Positions 57,990 through 64,000 of a stretch of 64,000 nucleotides of DNA are shown one piece after another. Position 1 is the stretch's first letter. The number at the start of each line of letters is the position of its first letter. This stretch comes from Pirellulales bacterium (GTDB lineage: Bacteria; Planctomycetota; Planctomycetia; Pirellulales; JAICIG01): assembly GCA_040901675.1 (NCBI GenBank), contig JBBDYJ010000026.1, forward strand, positions 32,001 through 96,000, written 5' to 3'. The notes beneath the pieces were generated by a model. That model was not told the DNA's origin. It did no database searches and saw nothing but the letters and a program-made list of their open reading frames with translations. Position numbers and translations under genes: made by a program.

Positions 57990-59141
57990 ATGCAGTTTCG
58001 CACCCGCGCTATCCACGTGGGTCAGACGCCGGATCGCGAGACCGGCGCCATCGTGCCGCCGATCCATCTGGCCAGCACCTTCGTACAACCGGCGGCGGAC
58101 GTCGCCGGCCGATTCGATTACTCGCGCAGCGGCAATCCAACCCGCCTGGCTTTCGAAACCACGCTCGCTTCGCTCGAAGCCGGTTCGCTCGAGCATGCCT
58201 GGGCGCTGGCCTTCTCTTCCGGCATGGCGGCCACGCACTGCGTGACCATGCTCTTGGAACAGGGGCAGCACGTCGTCGCCGGCGCCGATATTTACGGGGG
58301 CACGTACCGGCTGCTGCACAAGATCATCAACCGGTCCGGCATCGACGTCACGCTTGTGCCCGGCAGCGATCATGAGCGATTGGCCGCCGCCCTCACGCCG
58401 CACACCCGGCTCATCTGGATCGAGAGCCCGGGCAACCCACTGATGTCGATAACCGACATAGCGGCCTGCGCTCGCCTGGCCCGGCAGCGGCAGGTGCTGC
58501 TGGCGGTCGACAACACGCTGGCCTCGCCCGTGCTCACCCGGCCCTTGGAGCTCGGGGCCGACATCGTCATGCACTCGGCCACGAAGTACCTGGGAGGGCA
58601 TAGCGACCTGCTGGGCGGGGCACTCGTGGTGAAGGACAAGGCACTCTTCGATCGTTTGTACTTCGTGCAGAATGCCACGGGCGCGGTGATGGGGCCGCTG
58701 GAGTCGTTCCTCTGCTCGCGCGGCCTCAAGACATTGGAGCTGCGGGTCCACGAGCAGTCGGCCACGGCACAACGGTTGGCCGAGCACCTGGCTTTGGACC
58801 CGCGGGTCCGCCGCGTGCTCTATCCGGGCCTGCCGGATCATCCCGGCCATTCAATCGCCGCCCGGCAGATGCAGGGCGGCTTCGGCGGCATCCTCAGTTT
58901 CGAAGTGGCCGGCGACTACCAGGCGGCCAAGCGGGTGGTCGAAAGCACGCGGCTGTTTCGCCTGGCCGTGAGCCTGGGCGCCGTGGAGTCGCTCATCGAG
59001 CAGCCGGCCTCGATGTCGCACGCCAGCTATGCCGCCGCCGACCGTCTGGCCCACGGCATCAGCGACGGCCTGGTCCGCCTCAGCGTGGGCCTGGAGGCCT
59101 TCGAAGACCTCCGCGACGACCTGGACCAGGCCCTGGCGTAG
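57990..59141 (+). CDS. PLP-dependent trans-sulfuration enzyme (cystathionine beta/gamma-lyase or synthase)
   Basis: DYSRSGNPTR, ESPGNP, HSATKYLGGHSD, SLGAVESL. Confidence 0.85.
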   Translation: MQFRTRAIHVGQTPDRETGAIVPPIHLASTFVQPAADVAGRFDYSRSGNPTRLAFETTLASLEAGSLEHAWALAFSSGMAATHCVTMLLEQGQHVVAGADIYGGTYRLLHKIINRSGIDVTLVPGSDHERLAAALTPHTRLIWIESPGNPLMSITDIAACARLARQRQVLLAVDNTLASPVLTRPLELGADIVMHSATKYLGGHSDLLGGALVVKDKALFDRLYFVQNATGAVMGPLESFLCSRGLKTLELRVHEQSATAQRLAEHLALDPRVRRVLYPGLPDHPGHSIAARQMQGGFGGILSFEVAGDYQAAKRVVESTRLFRLAVSLGAVESLIEQPASMSHASYAAADRLAHGISDGLVRLSVGLEAFEDLRDDLDQALA

Positions 59142-59345
59142 AACGGAATTCATTTCGTTTGCCAGCTCCACACTCCGCCCACTAGCCCTTGGGAAGACTA
59201 GCGAGTTTGGCCAGCATGCATAAACTTTCCGGATTATGGCCTTTTTGACGAAAGTTCCGGTTGCACAATCTCCGATAGTGTCGCTGTCGGTGAACAGGGT
59301 CTTCCGGCGCGCCGGCACGCCAATGGCAACTGAGGGACACGTTCG

Positions 59346-60743
59346 ATGTGCTGCTCGCGAATTCGCGCTAAATGGGTCATCTGCGGCGCCCTGGTATGGT
59401 CCGTCTTGGCGGTTGTGGCCGACAAGGGCTTGGCGCAGCAATGGTCGCCTCGCCGGCCGCGGAACTCATCGGCGGCCAGCAAGGCCAGTTACAGCGAGCC
59501 GGCGGCGCCCCAAAAGCTGCCGGAGCTCACCGATCCTCGCACGGGCTCGGGGTTCGTGCCTGCCTGGCAGCGACACCCCCACGATCAGCAGCCCCGGCAA
59601 CCGTACCAGGAGCCGCAGCGGTATCAACCGCCGCAACAGTACCAGGAACCGCAACTGTACCCGCGCCAGCACGTGGCGGTGGCTCATCGGGCCACGATGC
59701 CCCAAATGCCCCCGGAGCAACCGTTGCTGATGGACGAAGGCGAAGCGATCATCGGCCAACCCGAGGTAATCGACCCGGGCATGATGGAGCCCATTCCCGA
59801 CTCCGGGATTGAGTTCGAAACCGGCGAATTCGGCGAAACCGTCGGCGACTGCACCGACGGCTGCGGCCTCGACGGCGGGGAGTGTGGTCTCGATTGTGGG
59901 CTCGACTGCGAGCACGGTCGCTACTGCGACGGCATCTGCATTCCCAGGTCTTGGGTTGAGGAAACTTCGCTGTTCGTTGGCGCGCACGGCTTCAAGGGCC
60001 CGCTCGACCTGGGCCGCAACGGCAATTTCGGCTTCCATGAGGGGGTGAACTTCGCCGGCCAGTTCGGCAGGGCGCTCGGCCTGGGGCCGCTGGGCCTCGG
60101 TTACCAGGTGGGGGCGCAGTTCGTCCACAGCAACTTCTCGGGCGACACGGTGGTGAGCATCGAAGAGAACACCCGCGACCAGAAGTTTCTGACGGCCGGC
60201 TTTTTCCGGCGTGCGCCCCGCGGCCAGGGGCTGCAGTACGGCACCGTGTTCGACTACATGAACGACAATTACTACGTCGACATCACGCTGACTCAGCTTC
60301 GCGCCGAGATGAGCTACCTGGCCGGCTACGGGCACGAACTGGGTTTCTGGGGCGCCTTCGGCCTGCGTGGCGACACCGACTTGGTCAACGGACTCGCTCA
60401 GTCTTACGAGTCGACGGACCTGTATGCCTTCTTCTACCGTTATAACTTGCCCACGGGAGGGCAGGGGAGAGTCTGGGTGGGCGGCACGGACAAAAAGGAC
60501 ACGCTGTTCGGCGTCGACTTCCGTGTGCCGCTTTCGAATCGTTGGGATTTCAACGGGGCCGTCAACTATCTTGCGCCCGAGCAGGGGGGCGGCCTGGTCG
60601 GCTCGGCGGAGGAGTCGTGGGGCATCAGCGTCAATCTGGCCTGGTATCCCGGCCGCCGCTGTGCGGGCGTTCACAACGGCCCCTTCCGCTCCTTGTTCGG
60701 CGTGGCCGACAACACCACCTTCATGGTCGACCGCGTCCAGTAG
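59346..60743 (+). CDS. Planctomycete outer-membrane beta-barrel-like protein (DUF6666-like)
   Basis: Signal peptide, Gln/Pro repeats, Cys-rich linker, GFKGPLD.GRNGNFGFHEG and alternating aromatic strands. Confidence 0.6.
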   Translation: MCCSRIRAKWVICGALVWSVLAVVADKGLAQQWSPRRPRNSSAASKASYSEPAAPQKLPELTDPRTGSGFVPAWQRHPHDQQPRQPYQEPQRYQPPQQYQEPQLYPRQHVAVAHRATMPQMPPEQPLLMDEGEAIIGQPEVIDPGMMEPIPDSGIEFETGEFGETVGDCTDGCGLDGGECGLDCGLDCEHGRYCDGICIPRSWVEETSLFVGAHGFKGPLDLGRNGNFGFHEGVNFAGQFGRALGLGPLGLGYQVGAQFVHSNFSGDTVVSIEENTRDQKFLTAGFFRRAPRGQGLQYGTVFDYMNDNYYVDITLTQLRAEMSYLAGYGHELGFWGAFGLRGDTDLVNGLAQSYESTDLYAFFYRYNLPTGGQGRVWVGGTDKKDTLFGVDFRVPLSNRWDFNGAVNYLAPEQGGGLVGSAEESWGISVNLAWYPGRRCAGVHNGPFRSLFGVADNTTFMVDRVQ

Positions 60744-60825
60744 CCGTAGCATAGGCTTCCCGTAGCATAGGCTTCCAGCCTGTCCAGCTTGGCCGCGCAG
60801 GCTTCCAGCCTGTCTAGATTGGCCC
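60744..60825. repeat. REP-like cluster with GTAG foot
   Basis: ccgtagcataggcttcc x2 and aggcttccagcctgtc x2, between convergent genes. Confidence 0.75.
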
Positions 60826-60890
60826 CGCGCGGGCGGTGCGTGGCTCGCGACGTGCTGAGCAAGCGGTGAGGGGTGCCAAGGGCCCAGCGT

Positions 60891-61796
60891 TCAGCCCTTG
60901 ATGCGGTCGCGGGTCTTGCCGGGGGCCGCGTGCTTCTCGATGAACTCGATGATCTTGCCAGCCACGTCGACCTCGGTCGCTCGCTCGATGCCTTCCAGAC
61001 CGGGCGAGGAGTTCACCTCCATCACGACCGCTCCGTGATTGCTCCGCAAGATATCGACGCCGGCCACATTGAGGCCCATCGCCTTGGCCGCCCGGATCGC
61101 CGTGCTGCGCTCCTCGGGCGTCAACTTCACCTTGACTGCCTTGCCGCCACGGTGCAGGTTCGAGCGGAACTCGCCCGGCCGGGCCTGCCGCTGCATGGCC
61201 GCAATCACCTTGCCGCCCACCACGAAACAGCGCACGTCCGACCCGCCCGCTTCCTTGATGAATTCCTGCACCAGGATGTTGGCGTCCAGCTCGCGGAAGG
61301 CCTCGATGACCGACTCGGCCGCTTGGCGCGTCTCGGCCAGCACGACGCCGATGCCCTGCGTCCCCTCCAACAGCTTGACCACCAAGGGAGCCCCTCCCAC
61401 CGTATTGATCAGCCCCTGCACGTCCTTGGTGGAGTGGGCAAAGCCGGTCACCGGCAGCCCGATTCCATTGCGGGCCAAGAGCTGCAGGCAGCGCAGCTTG
61501 TCGCGCGACCGCGTGATGGCCTGCGATTCATTGGCCGAAAACACGCTCATCATCTCGAACTGCCGGACCACCGCCGTGCCGTAAAAGGTGTGCGGCGCCC
61601 CGATCCTCGGAATCACCGCCTCGGTTTCCGCCAGCGGCTGCCCCTGGTACATCACCATCGGCTTGAGCGACGTGATGTTCATGTAGCAGCGCAGGTAGTC
61701 GATCACCCGCACCTCGTGCCCGCGGCTCTCTCCCGCTTCCTTCAAGCGACGCGTGGAATACAGCGAAGGCTTCCGCGACAGAATGTCGATCCTCAC
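60891..61796 (-). CDS. rimK: RimK-family ATP-grasp glutamate ligase
   Basis: GTG start; [54 protein letters not shown]. Confidence 0.95.
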   Translation of the reverse strand: MRIDILSRKPSLYSTRRLKEAGESRGHEVRVIDYLRCYMNITSLKPMVMYQGQPLAETEAVIPRIGAPHTFYGTAVVRQFEMMSVFSANESQAITRSRDKLRCLQLLARNGIGLPVTGFAHSTKDVQGLINTVGGAPLVVKLLEGTQGIGVVLAETRQAAESVIEAFRELDANILVQEFIKEAGGSDVRCFVVGGKVIAAMQRQARPGEFRSNLHRGGKAVKVKLTPEERSTAIRAAKAMGLNVAGVDILRSNHGAVVMEVNSSPGLEGIERATEVDVAGKIIEFIEKHAAPGKTRDRIKG

Positions 61797-62290
61797 GGTC
61801 GATTCCTCTTGGGTCGGTTGCTGCGCCTGCCGGCGGCCTGGTCCGCCCGCTTGCCGCCCAGGTACGAACGGCAGGTGTCGATCAAGAAACGCCGCCGGAC
61901 CGCCTGCCGCCCCAACAGCATGCGAAAGCCCATCGCATCGCGCCCCGTCAGCGTCAGCTCGATCGGCCAGCGCTGCCCCAGCAGTTCCACGGCCGTCAGG
62001 ATCACCGGCCGCAATGTTTCGTACCCGCCCGAATTGCGGACTAGGCGGTGGCCGACCAGCTCGGCCTCGCTGGTGACGGTAAGCTGGGTATCTCGTTGCA
62101 GAGGATGGACCTTGAATCGCACCATCGGTTTGGTGCCCCGCCGGAACAGCTCGATGTCGAAGGCGTGCAGCGCCGACGAGCGGGCCCCCGAATCCACTTT
62201 CGCCTTGACGGCGTCGATGTGCAGCTCCGGCAGCGAGAGCCACTCGCGCCAGCCGATGGTTGTCAACTTCGTTGCGCCGCTGCCAGGCAC
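61793..62290 (-). CDS. RimK-associated putative ATP-dependent zinc/aspartic protease (start uncertain)
   Basis: [33 protein letters not shown]; 4-nt overlap with the rimK start. Confidence 0.9.
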   Translation of the reverse strand: MPGSGATKLTTIGWREWLSLPELHIDAVKAKVDSGARSSALHAFDIELFRRGTKPMVRFKVHPLQRDTQLTVTSEAELVGHRLVRNSGGYETLRPVILTAVELLGQRWPIELTLTGRDAMGFRMLLGRQAVRRRFLIDTCRSYLGGKRADQAAGRRSNRPKRNRP

Positions 62291-62496
62291 GCCGCTCCCC
62301 TGAAAAAACAGCAAATCCACCCCGCGCCCCAGCCGGTGCGGGATTATAGTGTGGGCCGGCGCCGGGGAAAATGACACGCCTGCCAGGGAAATGATCCGTC
62401 GCCGGCCGCGAATAACGGGCTAACCGGGCGAACGAAGGGATTGGCTCGCTGGAAATCCGCGGTCTCGAAGCCGCCGTCTGTCATCCGGAGCTCGCA

Positions 62497-63039
62497 ATGG
62501 TCTACCTGGGACTGCTGGTCCTTCTGCTGGCACTCATCGTCGGCTGGTTGATGAACCTCTTCAGCCTGCCGGGCAACTGGCTGATTGTCGCTGCCACCGC
62601 GCTGTTCGCCTACGCCGCCCCCGACGGCGGACAATTCGACATAACCTGGACCGCGGTGCTCGTCATCCTCGGCTTGGCGATCGTGGGCGAAATCGTCGAA
62701 TTCGCCGCCGGCGCCGTGGGAGCGGCCAGGGTCGGTGGCAGCAGGCGGGGCGCTCTGATGGCCATCGTGGGTTCGATGATCGGCGGGCTCACGGGAGCGG
62801 TTCTGGGCCTTCCCGTTCCGCTCATCGGCCCCCTGCTGGGGGCGGTGGTGTTCGCCGGCGTCGGAGCCCTGGTCGGCGCCATGCTGGGCGAAGCATGGAA
62901 GGGGCGCCAACTCCAGGAAAGCTGGCAAGTCGGCCAGGCGGCTTTCTGGGGCCGGTTGCTGGGCACCCTGGCCAAGACGCTGATCGCCTCGGCGATGGTC
63001 GTCATCGCCGCCGTGGCGGCGCTTGTCGACGGCTTTTAG
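62497..63039 (+). CDS. DUF456 membrane protein
   Basis: LPG motif, GGSRRG, GPLLGA, Gly-rich TMs. Confidence 0.85.
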   Translation: MVYLGLLVLLLALIVGWLMNLFSLPGNWLIVAATALFAYAAPDGGQFDITWTAVLVILGLAIVGEIVEFAAGAVGAARVGGSRRGALMAIVGSMIGGLTGAVLGLPVPLIGPLLGAVVFAGVGALVGAMLGEAWKGRQLQESWQVGQAAFWGRLLGTLAKTLIASAMVVIAAVAALVDGF

Positions 63040-63110
63040 AATCGCCGCAAGGTGATGCTCCAGCACCGGCAATCGTCCCGCAGCCGGCCGACGCTAGGAC
63101 TTCAGCGGCT

Positions 63111-63335
63111 CTACAACCGCAGCGCCACCGTTCGGCTGCGTGACTCGCTGTCGATGACGATCTTGTCCTCGCGCGCCAGCCACCCCAGCGCCTGCATCAC
63201 CAGGTCGCGAGGCGCCTCGACTTCCTTTACCAGCTTGGCCGTGCTCGTCGGCCCCTTTTCGGCCAGCACGCGCCAAACCGCCCCGGCCATCTCTCCGATC
63301 TGTTCAATGCCGCAACTCTCGCTTGCTATTGCCAT
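63111..63335 (-). CDS. Small winged helix-turn-helix protein (DUF2582-like)
   Basis: IGEMAGAVW..L...ALGWLAREDKI; RBS aggag. Confidence 0.85.
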   Translation of the reverse strand: MAIASESCGIEQIGEMAGAVWRVLAEKGPTSTAKLVKEVEAPRDLVMQALGWLAREDKIVIDSESRSRTVALRL

Positions 63336-63547
63336 TGCACCAGCTCCTGCTCGCTATTTTCCTCCTCGAACCCCAAGTCGGGCCTGCGCTGTAAGCGGGC
63401 GTCCCGGCCCAGCGCAGTTTCAGGAAAAGTATACCGGACCCAACAAGCGACCCTCAAGAGGAACAGCCTGCCCAAAGCAGGCGGGCCATGCCGCCGGCGT
63501 TCCCAACTGGGCCGGGGCTGCTGCCGTGTGGAGGCAGGCGGACGTTC

Positions 63548-63594
63548 AAAAAGCAAGGGCCCGGCTGGCTTGCGGGCGACCAACCGGGCCCTTG
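63548..63594 (-). terminator. Intrinsic terminator
   Basis: Minus strand CAAGGGCCCGGTTGG-loop-CCAGCCGGGCCCTTG-C-TTTTT. Confidence 0.8.
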
Positions 63595-63748
63595 AACCGT
63601 GAAAAAACGCAATGGACCCGTGGCGGGTATGGCGTCGCGGTACTTTCGGGCGACTTGGCGACTAAGATTCACGGTGCCATTGTTCGTGTGCCGTTTTGGC
63701 CCAGGGGCTTGCGGGTGCCCCTGGGCCAACTGGGTCGAACATCGACAA
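63548..63748 (-). ncRNA. Candidate sigma54-dependent small RNA (~200 nt)
   Basis: Lies between a -24/-12 promoter and a terminator; contains several hairpins with a repeated CCCGCAA loop; no convincing ORF with an RBS. Confidence 0.5.
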
Positions 63749-63758
63749 GCCGCTCAAG

Positions 63759-63774
63759 AGCACGATCCGTGCCA
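63759..63774 (-). promoter_or_regulatory. sigma54 (-24/-12) promoter
   Basis: TGGCACGGATCGTGCT versus consensus TGGCACG-N4-TTGCW; GG-N10-GC spacing exact. Confidence 0.7.
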
Positions 63775-63883
63775 CGCTTGTCGGGGCGGCCCGCCTTGCT
63801 CCCGGAAAGCCGCCTTAAGTCGTTGCTGCTGCCCCATCTCGAACATCCGCTGGCAACGTCGGGCCACCGGGAAAGACAGCGGC

Positions 63884-63904
63884 GTTTTGTAAGAATTACA
63901 AAAC
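63884..63904. promoter_or_regulatory. Perfect AT-rich inverted repeat, candidate enhancer-binding-protein site
   Basis: GTTTTGTAA-GAA-TTACAAAAC, 110-130 bp upstream of the sigma54 box; IHF-like CAA-N4-TTA at 63816-63825 lies between them. Confidence 0.55.
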
Positions 63905-64000
63905 TAGCTTAGCAGGCTGAGCGTAATGGCCCGGAACACCGGCTCGACTGCTTCGAACTCCCGGTCGTCGGCCTGGCAGAACACCAGATACGTGGCATGC
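63904..64000 (-). CDS. C-terminal fragment of a hypothetical protein entering from the right edge
   Basis: ...HATYLVFCQADDREFEAVEPVFRAITLSLLS* with typical codon usage. Confidence 0.6.
   Translation of the reverse strand, partial: HATYLVFCQADDREFEAVEPVFRAITLSLLS

Noticed and set aside
59250..59278. sigma28-like promoter (AAAG...CCGATAG) before the beta-barrel gene
   Set aside because: The spacing deviates from the canonical TAAAGTTT-N11-GCCGATAA; too weak to call.
60891..62243. 450-aa ORF suggesting a protease-RimK fusion or N-terminally extended RimK
   Set aside because: The upstream part is the off-frame shadow of the protease gene. RimK starts at GTG 61796, overlapping the protease TGA, which is ordinary translational coupling.
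63662..63742. 26-aa minus-strand ORF MFDPVGPGAPASPWAKTAHEQWHRES inside the sRNA candidate
   Set aside because: No RBS, and it runs through a perfect 13-bp stem. Not supportable as a CDS, although near-leaderless translation cannot be excluded.

Overview
GC-rich, gene-dense bacterial DNA, almost certainly Planctomycetota (Pirellulales-like). The lineage-typical families present are DUF1549/DUF1553, DUF1501, DUF1559 prepilin-like proteins, PVC-type heme-binding CxxCH proteins, CRTAC1/ASPIC-UnbV FG-GAP proteins, LRR proteins and a DUF6666-like barrel. Main blocks: (i) hydrolase/thioredoxin genes, 1-9.4 kb; (ii) a nosZ-less operon with a Cys/His membrane protein, a NosL-like protein, two CRTAC1 paralogues, a small Cys-rich protein and a MacB/FtsX-type ABC transporter, 9.7-17.4 kb; (iii) two DUF1559 genes that appear identical over ~1.05 kb, followed by a heptaheme-TPR gene and a lipoprotein/TPR/CRTAC1 cluster, 18.7-31.8 kb; (iv) DUF1553-DUF1501; (v) pstSCAB with a Pho-box-like repeat; (vi) two PVC heme proteins; (vii) two trans-sulfuration enzymes behind a SAM-II/SAM-V-like riboswitch candidate; (viii) rimK plus its associated protease. 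The most striking non-coding signal is at 63.55-63.90 kb. On the minus strand there is a complete sigma54 architecture (palindromic enhancer, IHF-like site, -24/-12 box) upstream of a ~200-nt structured, terminator-ended region with a repeated CCCGCAA loop, which is a candidate undescribed small RNA. No rRNA, tRNA, CRISPR array or transposase was seen. Several REP-like palindromes are present. All family calls come from motif recognition by eye; no searches were run.
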